This document shows, in pieces, positions 13,501-26,300 of a DNA stretch of 64,000 nucleotides. How positions within the stretch are numbered: the first letter of the stretch is position 1; each line of letters begins with the position of its first letter. The stretch lies in contig QPMI01000428.1 in the NCBI GenBank assembly GCA_004431415.1, positions 372,001-436,000 of the forward strand, read 5' to 3'. Both the position numbers and the translations under genes were made by a program. The notes below the pieces were generated by a model that had not been told where the DNA came from, did no database searches, and worked only from the letters and a program-made list of their open reading frames with translations. This DNA is from Cyanophora paradoxa CCMP329 (lineage: Eukaryota; Plantae; Glaucophyta).

Positions 13501-16475
13501 CTTATTCTCTTCCGGCTCTAATGCTCTGAGAAGCGCATCCGACAGCGTGCGCTGCGCTTTTATTCGTTTAATTGGCTTCCTCGGCTTAATTTGGCTTCGC
13601 AGGTGCGAAACGCGAAAAATGACGTCGATTCGAAAAGGGGGAGTGTGTGCGGAGACATACAATCGCAATGCAAGCGCGCACAGATTAGCTGCTCTGGGTG
13701 GTGGTCTTTTGTTTGCAGCATCGTTAATTGGGTCATCGACGCGGGTAAGCAGATCTCATTACAGACAAATCTTTGCAAGCGCAATTGCAAGCTGTCCGCA
13801 GGCTGCGAGGTTGCTTGCGTCGCTGCGGAGACAGCGCTCACCGTTGCAAGTGCAGTCCTACAAGGCGTGGAGAGTACTCTCGGCCTCTTCAGCCGCGTTT
13901 TTGAAGGCTTCTCTAACTGGCTCGACGGCGTCAGCAACACGCTCAAAGCCGTACGCGTAATATTTATATTTGTCTCCGCGAAGCCCTGTTCCGCTGAGGC
14001 CCATTCCGTAGCTTGACCTTCCGTGCGTCTCCTTTGACGTCGACATCGAGGAGGCGGATTTCCTTGCCGGACGCGTGCGCTCGTGCCAAGAGCGCAATCT
14101 TAGAGATTTGCGAATGGTTTTAGCCTAGTAGTTCACTTCTGTTTCGAACGCTCCGCAGGTGACGCTGCGGACGTGTGTGAACGTGCATGCGCTGGAAGGC
14201 TCTACCTACAGGTCGCCCAACAGGCACCTGCTCAGCTCGACTGTCGCAACCAGCTCCGGCAACGTCCGAAGCATTTCGGATCGGCCGCTTGTGATCGACA
14301 CCAAGGACAAGGAGGGAGAGACGCGCCGCATCGGCAAAGAAATGTTCGGAGTCGCTGCCGGGGATCGTGCGGCGGACGCTCTTACAAACCTCAACGAGAC
14401 AGCCATCCCAGTCTACGGCCCGCTTCTCGTTTTGAGTTCTGCATGGCCTGCCGCCGTTAGATTCGCCTGCGATGGTGGCCTGAAAGCGGCCCTCAAGAGC
14501 TCCTCGGATTCCGCAACCCGAGCTCTGAAGAGCGCTGCCAAGGCCGATAACTGCAGGCGTGGATTTGCAGTCTGGTTCGAGGACGACTGGGGTACTGTGA
14601 GCTGCTCATACAAAATCCAGCGCAAGTGGATCGTACAGGATCAATGCGCGGGCCGAAATATTTCAAAGGCGCGCTCAAATTTTGATTGAATCGTTCTTCA
14701 ACAGCAACCTTATAATTACGCCGAGTGCAGGTGCAGACAATTACTGTGCAGGATCAAACCGGCCCCGTGTGGATCACCTCCGTGCCCTTGGACTTGTCCG
14801 TGAAGTGCGGCGAGATGTACGCGCCGCCCGTCGTCGCCGCCGGCGACGAGTGCCAACCCACGGTGGGTGACACAATGTATTTGAGCGTGTCGTTTTCTTG
14901 ATGCCCGACCTGTTTCCTCTTTTGAAGATTGCGCCTACATTATCGTTCTCCACGAACAAAAGATCAGTCGTGGGCTGCCAGACGCAGACCTACTTCAACA
15001 CGTGGCACGCGCGGGACAGCTGCGGAAACCTTTCGCCACCGCTCACACAGGTGCCGCTTGCCATACGCATCATGATCAACTGACAATCGCAATCCGATCT
15101 ACGAATGACACGGCTGCCCCCCCGAATCGCCAGACGGTCCGCATCGACGATTCGGAGGCGCCTTTCTACACTACCTTCCCCCGCGACTTTACGGTCGCGT
15201 TCCTCGACCCCTTCGGCACCGCCCGCACTGGCTTCCCCCGCGCCGTCGACGCCTGCGCCTCCAACGGTGCGATTTCCGTCACTCCGGAAACGAATTCCGC
15301 ACAGATCGCCCTGCAGGCGTCGGGATCTGGTACGAGGACGCTGTGACGCTCCCGATGGGCCCAGCGTGCCCCTTCTCGCGGCTGCTCACGCGGACGTGGC
15401 GCGCGGCGGACAGCTGCGGCAACGTGCGCGAGAAGCCACAGCGCATCTCGATGCCGTTCCCGGCCTCGCTCCTCGGCGCCGCCTCGGGCTTTCAGGTCGT
15501 CGCCACGTCGGGCGTCCTCTCTATCCGCGACTCGACCCTCTCCGGCCGCGTCCGCAGCTCCCGCGGTTAAATTTCGTGTTCGAGTTCTCATCCTGGCTCA
15601 GGTCGCTGGCGGCGGTCGCATCACTCGCCTCATGAACACGCGCATCGAGGCGGGCCCCTGCTCGGGCCCCGACAGCCTCGGTTTGTTCTCCCCATCTGAA
15701 CCGTGCGATCGCGATGTGCGAACGCTCCGTCGCAGGTCCCATCGTGGCGAAGGCGACTCTCATCCTCGTCGACGTCGCCGTCGCAAACGGGACGGCGGCC
15801 GGCGCCGCCGCGATCTACGGCACCGCGCAGTACAGCCGCGCGCTCCGCGGCCTGTCCCTCGCCTACCGGCCCGGGGCGGCCGACCACGCCGGCATGGCGC
15901 GCAGCCTGGAGGCGCTGAGCGACCGCCTCGCCGCCGCGGGCGCCGCCGACCTCGCAGCCGGCCAGCAACGCGCCCTCTGCTACGACCCCGCCGTGGGGGG
16001 CGGGGATGCCGCCTCCTGCGCCCCCGTCGAGTGGGCCGCCCCGACCGCCTTCAACGCCACCGCCGCCAACGCCACGCTGCGCGGCACGAACCCCATCCTC
16101 AACGTGTTCAGCTTCGCCGACCCCGCCGCCCTCGTCGACGTTGCCGCGCCCCTCGCCATCCACGCCCCGCCCGGGTCCCTCGTCGTCGTCAACGTCGCCG
16201 GCGCCGCCCTCGAGGGCCTCCTCCGCCCCGTCCGCCTCGCCACGCCGGGCCTCGCCCCCGGCAGCGTCGTCTTCAACTTCCCCGAAGCCCAGCGGCTCCA
16301 GCTCGCGACGCGGTCCGGCGAGGCGCTGCCGGGGACGCTCCTCGCCCCGCGCGCCGTCTTCGCCACGCGCGGCTTCGCGCTCGAGGGGCAGCTCCTCGCC
16401 GCCGCCGTCGGGCCCGCCGACAACCTCCGCGCCTCCTGCGCCCCCTCCGTCCTCTCGCAGGCCTGTCCCGCTTGA
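1527..16475 (+). CDS. giant multi-exon secreted/surface protein (gene A; est. ~4,000 aa) with beta-rich repeats, HYR-like repeats and C-terminal choice-of-anchor A domain
   Basis: ATG 1527 encodes the signal peptide MASKSLRFLLGAVLVAFALAIG. A phase-1 intron (1591-1666, gtgcgt...cgcag) joins in frame to ORF 1678. Successive + ORFs are linked by short GT/GC-AG introns up to TGA 16473-16475. Not every junction was traced. Confidence 0.8.
14400..15450 (+). other. three HYR-like Cys-containing Ig-fold repeats within gene A
   Basis: Spliced motifs IQRKWIVQDQCAGRNISK|VQTITVQDQTGP, FNTWHARDSCGNLSPPLTQ|TVRIDDSEAP and LLTRTWRAADSCGNVREKPQRI match the 'TRTWTAxDxCGN...QxIxVxDxxxP' pattern of HYR-like repeats in bacterial surface proteins. 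Confidence 0.7.
15470..16440 (+). other. choice-of-anchor A (TIGR04215-type) adhesin-like domain of gene A
   Basis: LSDRLAA...ATLRGTNPILNVFSF...PPGSLVVVNVAG...SVVFNFPEAQRLQL...LPGTLLAPRAVFATRGFALEGQLLA matches the family motifs (NVF, vviNV.G, vlfNFpeA, GsvLAP.A, G.via). Confidence 0.8.
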
Positions 16476-17359
16476 GACGCATTTTAAACAGTTGAAAAAT
16501 AATTAGATGAGCCGCAGTAGCTATAATATTCGAATCCGTTGACTCCACGATGATTTAAGTTTCTTTCGAAATATTTGTCATGCGAGCTTTGCGATTGAGA
16601 GCTTGTCGCTCTGACAAACGGAACAGACCCGTTACTTTTACGAAACACTGGTATTATTGCAGCGCGGCACACTTTCAATATTAATACCTAAGCGATAGTG
16701 AAATTGCATAAGCCTATTGCAAACTTGATACGTAGACAGTCAAGCATAGGAATGTTGAGGATGAACATCGCAATTATATTGCGAATAAATGAAGAATGGA
16801 ACACGAGCAAATCTACACGTTTCAAACGAGTTGTGCACGCAGCTGAATCTGACCATATGCATGATGCGCATGCATCCAAAAGAGATCATCGAATCGTGAT
16901 GATCTTGATGTACAAATACAATATTGAAACTCTATTTCGGAAGCGCTGAATGCGCTGCGGTGAATAGCTCTGAATGAAATGGATAGCGAAATCGCGGAAT
17001 CGTGACAAGAAACAAAACTGCGCATGCGGTAATAGAAATCCTACCGAGCTACAATGCCGATTCCGTGGCCATGAAATCATACGTATACATGAAAACACTC
17101 CGGAAAGTCGCGAAATTCTTACAGAGAACGTGTCGCGAAATTCTTACAGAGAACGCAGAGTATTAAGTAATTGCAATTATAATCGATTGCGAATTTGCAA
17201 TTATAATCGATTGCGAAATCGCACAATCGTGCCAAGAGGTGAAACGGGTAATCACGGTTGAATAGACTGAAATACCAATAAGGCATACATGGAAGCGTGC
17301 CGTAACGGTTCTGTCTCAACGCGAAGTAGACTGCGAAAATCTTGCGGAGACCGCAGAAA

Positions 17360-20300
17360 TCACAAACTCTTTATTACGGCGACGGCCCGAGGCGGCGCCG
17401 GCGCCGGCGCCCGGGGCGCGGATGGCGCCAGCCCCGCCCCTGTGTCCACGAAGACGGCTGATGGCGCCACGGGCGGAACGGCGCCGACGGCCGCGGCTCG
17501 CGCCGCCGCGTCGCTCGGGCCGGCGGCAGACGCAGACGCAGACGCGGCCGCGGCGGATCCGGAGTCGCGGATGGCGGAGAACTTGGATCTGTTGGTGGAA
17601 GCGCGGGCCGTCGACGTCGACGCCGCTGCCGGCTCGGGCAGGACCGCTGCGACCCGCGGGGCGCCGCGCCGCCGGCGCGCGACGTAGCGCCGCGCGGCCC
17701 GCGCGAGCAGCTTCATCGCTCCGTACACGGCCTGCGCGGTGCCGTCCGGTCGGAATCAGAATATGCGTTAATGAAGTACGATATGCGAAAATCGGATCAT
17801 CGGATACGCGGAGTTTGATTCCTATCTTTCTTTCTATCTAACGATACATAGCGATATCTATCTTTCCAACTCCAATAAGCGATATTTATCTATGTTTGCG
17901 CATTAATTTAATGGAACACGACATGCGAGCCGCTAAAACGCCCGCTGTGCAGCGGTCGGGCCTTCTCACCTGGGCGGCCTCAAAGCAAGCCTTGACCTGG
18001 TCGGCGAGGAGCAAGAAGGCGGCGGCCATGCTGAGGGCGACGAGGGGCGCCTCCAGGCGCGACTTGGGGACGCCGCCGTGGACCGCGGCCAGCATCGCGA
18101 AGACGCATATCTCGGCCGCCCCGGCCAGCGCTTGCGTTACGTTCAGGAATCTGTTAGGCGAGTTTCGAAGCCGCGGTCAGAACGCGGAAAGCTTAAAGGA
18201 GTGGCACACGACGAGTTCGAGCCGAGCGCACCGGTCGATGAACGGCTGCGAGAGAAGGAGGTAGAGCCAGTGCGCCCCGCAGACCGCGAGCAGCGTGACG
18301 AGCTGCCCCGTCACCAGCGTGGGCGAGGGCGGCGCCGCCGAGCACACCCCTGCTCGGAGTCAAATCCGAGACGGAAAACATAAACAGAAATGAAAGCGAA
18401 AGGCGCGCGCCGATGACGGCGATGCAGGCGGTGGTCTTGGCGAGGTCGAAGACGCAGCCGAGGTACGCGAGGCGGTCGTAGGCGCACGCGTCGTACAGAG
18501 ACGCGAACTGCTCGATCGGGTAGCGGCGTCGCTTCGGCTCCGGCGCCTGTGCCGAAACGGCGTCGTCCTCGTCGGGCAGCTTGGACGGGACCGGCTTGGG
18601 CTTCTCGACCCAGTCCCCTCGCTCGCTCCGCGACGCGACTTCTTTCAGCAGGCGCCACGCGGCTGCCGGTGTCCGGGGCGTCGGACGTGCGCGCGTGCAA
18701 AACAATTTTCGAACTCGAATTCGAAGGCACGCACTTCGTACAGCAAATCCGCAGACGGGCAGGACGCCATCCTTGCCTGCTGCGCGAAATCCCCTCCAGG
18801 ATTCTTTTGCAACGCTGAGGAGGCTCGGGCGCCGCGCCGGCTGCGAAATCCGGCCTTGGGTGAGCTTTTTCGCGACGCCGCAAAAATTGTTTCAAAGCGG
18901 ATTCAGAGCGGCGTGCCTTGAACTCAATTGGCCGCTCGACACGTAGGCGGTGCGACAGGTAGATCGAGGACCACAGCAAGAACGAGAGAGGGACGAGAAT
19001 CTGCGCGCACGGTGCGGCTCAATATAGCACGGAATAAGCTCGAGCTCTTGCTACCCGCACGGCGTACCAAGAGGAACGCAGCCGCCGTCGTCCAAGCGGC
19101 GTGCCGCGACACGGCGACCGCGGCCGCGTTGAACGTGAGACCCTGGTGGCCGTCAGCGAAAAGTAGAGTTGAGATTGGGCCTGAAGTATATATTTAATAC
19201 GTGCGCACGGGAATGACGAATATGGCAGCCTGAACGTCCAGCTTGGGGAATTGCAGCACAGAGGGCTGCGCCATACCACGCCCGCGTCAACGGTCCAAGC
19301 TCTCCTTATACAAACCAACGCACGCCACGCGCGCACCAGGTCGGTCTTGTCTTTCAGCCCAAAGCGGGCGCGGAGGCGCCGAATGTTTCGGAAGGCGAGG
19401 ACGGCGAGGCCGCGGAGGGCCCAGAGACCGAGGACGAGGACGCTGCCCCAGAAGAGGACCGTCGTCAGCTCGCGCACCGTCGGCGGCACGTCCCGCCCAG
19501 AGGCGGTGGCCGGCGTCCCCGGCGGCGGTTGTGGCGGCGGCTCGCGGACGCCGTTGACGTAGACCGGACCCGGCTCGGAGACCTCTTTCAGGCGCTCGTC
19601 CCACGGCGGCGGCGCCGGCTGCAGCAGCGTCCACCCTGCGCCACGGCCAAAGCGGTCGTCAGATGTTATAAATTTATTAGCGGTCATCAGATGCTTTGAA
19701 TTTATTCCTCAATTAGCTTTAAAGCGGTTATCGAAAGCTTCGATGTAGATCAGCGAACCGAGGCTCTCGGAGACGCTGACAGAGGAGGACGGGACGACGT
19801 CGCCGGCGATCTTGCCGATGGAGGCCAGCATGCTGAGCCTCGTCAGGGTCCTCTGTTCGTAAACCGTTAACTTTAAGTTGGAGTGCATGATTATAAATGA
19901 AATTTAAAGAAGGGCTGAACATCTCGCGCATGCGCACCACGACACCCAACGAGCGCGGCGGTGCCGGTGCGCTCGACTGCGGGGCCGGGTCCGTTTCCTT
20001 CGAATTCGGATCGTCTTCGGGCGCGACAATCAGGACGTGCGGCGTCGCCGATTTGAGGGCGTCCCCCGACGAATTTGAGGTCGGGCTGCCCTCTTCGGCC
20101 GCGGCCGCGGCCGACGGCGGCACGTGGACATCGAAAACTGTGACTTCCGGTGGCTGCTTTGGGCCCGACAGCATGAAGAAGTGAGGCTGGTGGTCGATCG
20201 CGAGCTCGCCCGCCAGCACGTCGCCGTCGTTTGCGGCCGCGGCGCCCGCCGCGGCGCTTGGATCCTCGCCGTTATCATCGGCTGCGAGCACGATGCTATC

Positions 20301-23300
20301 AAGGCCGCGTCGGCGTCGAGCATATCCCCGCCCCGTAATTATAAATCGCACCGCTGGCAGCTGCAGCTTCCGAGCGCTCCGTGATGGCCTGATTCGGCGC
20401 GTTGATGGGCCTGCGTCGGGCCTTCGTGCGTGCTTTTTTCTTGTGCTCCGACTCGTCTGCGACCGCTTCAAAGCTCGATATGCGGAGGTGGCGTGCCAGC
20501 CATGAACAATAGCTTTAACCCAACGCACCGTCGGAGTCTCCGCCCTTGTCCTTGCGATCCACTTTGCCTCCGCCCTCCCGCCTCTCTTTGGTCTCCGCCC
20601 CCTTGGCGTCTGCGGCACCTTCGTCGCCTGGGTCTGCGTATCCATCGTAAATTGAATGATCTTCCTTTGAAGCGGTAAATATGGACAGACCGAGCTCCGG
20701 AGGGGTCGCGGCGGGCGTCTTCTCCTCTTCCTTCTGGACGCCCTTGCCGCCTGCACCGCCACCGCCGGCGCCGCCGGCGGCACCACCGCCGCCGCCGCCG
20801 CCGGCACCTCCGGCGGCCCCCGCTCCGGCCGCGCCGCCTCCGCCCGCTCCCGCACCAGCGCCCGCACCGGCACCGGCTCCTGCGCCGGCGCTGGCGACGG
20901 CGCTCGCGCCGCCCGCTCCGCCGACCCCAGCGGCGCCGAGGCCCGCGCCCGCCGCTGTCCCGCCGATGTGGGCCCCGACAGCGCTGGCCGCCACAGTAGC
21001 ACCTCCTCCGGCCGCCACCGTACTTGAGCCAACCGCGGCGCTGAACGCGCTCACTGCGCGCGGCCCGGGCTTATTCAGTGCAAGACCGCACGTTTCTACG
21101 GGCACGGCGCACTCGCGGCGCCGGCGGCGACGGTTGGGATGTTGGCGGCGATGCCGACGGCGACGGCGGCGACGGAGACGACGGCGGCCGTGGCGGAGAC
21201 GAACGAGCCGGCAGCGCGGCCGTCGACGACGCTCTCCCTGTAGTCCACCTCGACGACGGCGCTCGCGCTCGCTTCGTCATTCACCGCGTTCCGCGCGGTG
21301 AATTCAAAGACGTACGTCCCCTCGGTCAGGCCGACTGCGAGAGATCCGTCGCGTCAGTCCTCATATCCACAATAAGCAGCGAAAGAAATTAAATTCAAAT
21401 ATGGCGACGCAGAGATAACTGCTTCGCACACGGCACCGCATAAACGAAATGCAGCCTGATATTGCCAAATAGCCGCAGCCAAGTTTGGGTTAACGAAACG
21501 CACATGGCAGAATCAGGCGACGGGACGCGACGGTCGCGGAACCCGGAATGACCGCCGCAGGCCCGGAGCGCTGCCTCCAGTAGCTCTCGACGATTGCGGA
21601 GAACGGGCTCGAGGCCGCCCCGACCAGCGCCGCACTGGCGTTGCGGTTCGTGACGACGACGCGGGCGGGCGACACGGACACCGTCGGCGTATCTGAACGG
21701 ATACGGTTAAGATCAGGCACGCGTATGCAAACGCATCCAGACCACAGGGCGCACCTGTCACGTCCGTGGCGACCTCAAGCGTCGAGTGCGAGAGCGAGAG
21801 AACCTCGTAGCCCATCGCGGCGCTCATGCGCTCCGCCGACAGCGAGGCCAGCACCGCGAGGAGCGCCGTCGCGTTCTGCGCCAGCCGAAATCGTTTGCGT
21901 CGCAAAACGCAAGGATGACCACAAAAACTTAAATTCAACTATTCTAATGACTATTGACTAAATGATTATTCAAGACATAGATAACGAAGCACCTCGGAGT
22001 TGATGCGGTGGTCGAGGACGACGCTGCCCGAGCGGTACGCCGTGCCGAATATCTGCGACGAAGGGACCCCCTCTGCCCTCGCGATCATCGCCGTGCTGCG
22101 CATGCGCGCCCGGCCGTGCGAGCGTTGGAGTCGGATTCAATTTCGGAAACAAAAAGTTGAAGAAGGGCGCACAGAGCTTCGTCGTCGGGGGAAGGGTAGA
22201 TCGCCGTGAAGTTCGCGAAATCGTAGTTCAGTCGGATGTTGACCGCGAAAACTGCGCGAGGTCGCGTGCGTCAGCGCATTTTCTGTAGAACTCAATTCGA
22301 ACGCAATCGGCTGTGACTCGCCTGCGGGGCGGAGGACCTGCACGTCGGCAGAGGCGACGGAAAAGAGGGCGCCCGCGGAGACGTTCAACACAAAGCGGTA
22401 CGATCCGGCGCGGGGCCAGGAGACCGTCGCGCGGCAGCCGGCAAGGGGCGCCAGGCTGAGCCCGGGGGCCTTGGGCGACGCGCCCTGCAAGAAGAAGAGC
22501 GTTAAATTTTAATGCAAGCTCAAGGAATGCAGAGCGCAATCAAAGTAAAGTCTGACCAGGGGCTCGTAAGACCAGGAGCAGGCGAGCTGTGCGCCGCCTG
22601 CCGACGACGTTGACGCGTCCCCGGCAGAGCTTGCGGAGCCGTCCAGCTCGAACGAGCGAGCGGGGAGGTAGACCGAGCCGGGCGCTGAGAGCACCGCGAG
22701 GGGCCCCGAGCTCGAGGGCGGGAGGGGCGTCGGGGAGGGGCTGGGCGAGGGCGAGGGGCTAGCGGAAGGCGTGGCGGTCGGCGGGGCCGCCGCGACTGGC
22801 TCCGGAGTCGGCGTCGGCGTTGCCAGCGGCGCTGGCGTCGGACTTGCGGTGGCCGTGGCGGATGGCAGAGGAGTGGGCGTGACCGGGCTGCTCATCACTG
22901 GAGCGGGAGCCGGAGTCGAAGCGACGAACGTCAAGAGGGGACTTATTGTTTGCCTCGAGAAGAAAACCTGCTCTCCCGCTCCGTATGCGCCTTGACGCGC
23001 GAGCCCGTCTTTCACGGTCTGGATGCGCGGCACGACCGCGAGGTAGCCGTTGCCCCTTGCCTGAAGAGCTCGGCTGACGAGTGGAGTCGACGCGGCACTG
23101 GAACAGTCGAAAACGAAGGGGTCTGCCAGGCGCAAAGGGTTGCAACCTTCGACGAAATATGCGATGTAAGGTCCATTGGAAGAGGAGAGGCTGTCAACGT
23201 CTGCAGCGCTGAGCCGAGGGGCTTGATTCGAGAACGCATGCACGAAGAACATTGCGAGGTGAACGGCGACGCCCGTGCAGCTGACAGTGAAGCCGGCGGA

Positions 23301-26300
23301 CGAGTCGACGCTGGAAGGCCACGCGCAGCTCGGCGTGACGAGCTCTGTGAACCAAAATCGAAGTTAAGCTATATAAGCTCCGTGCTAAGAAAAACACGAT
23401 CATAAAAACTTCAAATAGCGGACCAGCAACGGGAAAGGGTTCGGATGTGTAGCTATAGCTCGAAAACTGTTTCGTAGCAATAAGGCGGAACGGCCCGTCG
23501 GTGGAGTGTTGGGCCCACCACGCGGGTGGAATCAGCAAGGACACCAGGTCGGGATAGAATGAATCAAATTCGTAATGATAGGGATCCTGTGAAGAGATGT
23601 TTACTTCGTGTCCCGCCGAGTCGCGGAGCGCCAAGACGATCGCCAGCCTGTAGCTGAGCGGATCGTTGGCGTTCCAGCACGCGATGCGCATGGTCTCGTT
23701 GACGACGAGGCGCGGGGCGGGCGGGTCGCCCGGAAAGTCCGTCGGGTCGAACACGTTGCAGAAGGGGGCGCCGGGGCTCATTTCGGTTGCTGAATGTGAT
23801 ATTTATAAGCATTTGACATATCAAATTCTATAGCCAATCGCTCGCTTACCATTCGATTGTAAGGATATGTCGTACCAGCGCGAATCGGCAACATCCATTG
23901 ATGAACGCATGTTCAATTGCACGTTTTGCGACGAATCTACACTGGGATTGTACACGAATGCATCCCATGCCCGCAAGCTGAACTTTACTGGAGTGTGCGC
24001 CGAGTGCTCTGAAAGAGGAATGAAGCTCGGGACGTATGCCGCATTGCGAGGGTAACTGTACGCCGTAACAAACGTAAAATTGCCCCTCAGTGCATCGCCG
24101 TCATTGTAGGATGAAGCGTAGGAACGTCGAATGAGCATCGTTCGAAGAGGCAGCGACATATCGTGGGCCGCGTCGAAGATAAAGGTGCGGAAATTGGAAG
24201 TTGAGTCGGCAAATCCATCCGCGCCGCGCACGTACTGATAGAACAGCGCATCCGAGACCGGAACATTAAAGCAGTCGAACGCAACTGCAGCGAACGCCTG
24301 CAGGGTTGACGGCCATTTGCAATATGCGCTTTCGTCTGCAGAGGACTCATGATCACGTTCACGAAGACTCACGAAGGAGTCTAGATCTAAGTTTAATTTA
24401 TAGCGCTAACTCACCCAGCTGGCCTCCAACGATGGCGATGGTCTGCGGACTGGCTACTGCCTGATTTGCAAGATCGTCGACGAACCGAAGGCGAAACGGG
24501 CCGCGTTTCTGCGCCAGCGCCTCTGCCACGACCGACGGCTCGATGTAGACGGCTGCCGTGTACTTGCGCGTACCCCGGGCACCAAATTTGACATCTTCGG
24601 GCTGGTTCATGTTGGAGTCGGAAAAGGTTGTGCTGTCGAGCTGAGAGGGAAACGAGAAGGGCAGCTTGGCCAGAGGCTGGCCGTTTGAATCGTCCAAGTA
24701 TACGAAGCTGTAGAAATGCGACAGCGACATCGCACATGGATGGCGACGGGTATACGTGTTCATGGAAAGGAAAGGTTCCGCAAAAGCTCCATATCCATAG
24801 TAAAGATAGGCTTGAAAGGCGGTCGGGAGCTCGTAGCACGTGATGGCGTTGTAGCGGCCGCTGGTCAAGACAGAGGGCCACTCGCAGGAACCCGCCAGTG
24901 GGTAGAAGCAGCGATCCGTGACGTAATACACCTCCGAATCGAAGTATGCCCCGTTCGCAGGATTGCGTACTCGTATTATTAAATTACTCTCGCTCCCATA
25001 CTGCAGCCGGGTCCAAAAGTCATTGCCGAGGAACACGACTGGCATTGTAAACGAGAACGATCCCCCGCCAGTCTGAATGCTGGGAGAAACACTGATCTGG
25101 AAAACTTGTAAGTATGGTTGTCAAAGCCATAATATAACGCATATTACAGTGAGGCGTACATTAGTTGCAATTTGATTCATGAACGGATGGAGAATCTGGA
25201 CGGACGCAGAGGGTACGGCCGCAGACGCAGACGAGTACGAGAAGGAGAGGGTGCTTCCCGCAAAGGCGCGCGGTCCGCGCAGGTAGGGCGAGCCGGCCAG
25301 CGGGTCCACCGGTTCCACGAGCGTCACTTGGACACCGCACAAGGTCAAGCTGTAAGCTGCGTGGGCACCAATGGCATGTGATGTGATGCCGCTGTAGGTA
25401 AAGCAAGAGAAATTTGAACTATGTTACGCACCGCTAGAGCAAGCGGATCCAGAGCCCCCTGAGCCTGAGCCGCCTGCAGATGTCAGCAGGCGCTGATTGT
25501 ACGCGTGCAGATCACAAAGATATCTCGTAGAGGTAAGAACTGACCTCCCGAATATATGTTTGTCGCGTTCAGCAGAGGGCTGGATGTTTGCCTCGAGAAG
25601 AAGACTTGCTCGCCGGGCTCGTTAGAGCTCTGGTACGTGAGCCCGTTCTTCATGGTCTGGATGCGCGGCACGACGGAAAGGAAGCCCCGCCCTCCTCTGG
25701 ACTGTGCCTGGCTGGCGAGCTGGGATGCCACGGTGCTGGGACAGTCGAAGAGGAAAGGGTCCGCCAGGCGCGCGGGGTTGCAACCGTCGACCAGAGACGC
25801 GATGGTAGGGCCGTAGTACGTGGAAAGCCCGTAAACGTCGGAGGCGCCAAGCCGAACCACTTGGGAGGACAACACGAAGAACATGGCAAGGTGGACGCTG
25901 ACGCCCGTGCAGTTGACACGGAAGCCGCGGGTCGAATCGATGCTCTCTGGCCACGTGCAGATCGGCGTGACAAGCTCTGTGCGTGCGGCGTTACGTCAGA
26001 CTGTTGACTTCATCAAAGCGGATTTTCTATGCATCATCAAAGCGGATTTTCTATGCATATGATGGCGGACCTGCAACAGGAAACGGTTCGGTTGTGTAGT
26101 TTGAATACCGATTGGTGGCGATAAGGCGATACGGCCCGTCGGCATAGTGCGACGCCCACCACGCAGGTGGGATCAGCAACGAAACGGCAGAGGACTGATG
26201 CGCGAAGTCCGGGTTATAGTAGTATGAGTCCGGCGTGGAGATATCAACCTGGTGCCCCGCCGAGTCGCGGAGTGTCAGGACGAGCTTGAAGGTAGAGGGG

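Noticed and set aside
17108-17220. Short tandem duplications of 23-25 bp (also 26020-26056, 48373/48529, 52630-52750)
   Set aside because: Real but ordinary local duplications with no evidence of function.
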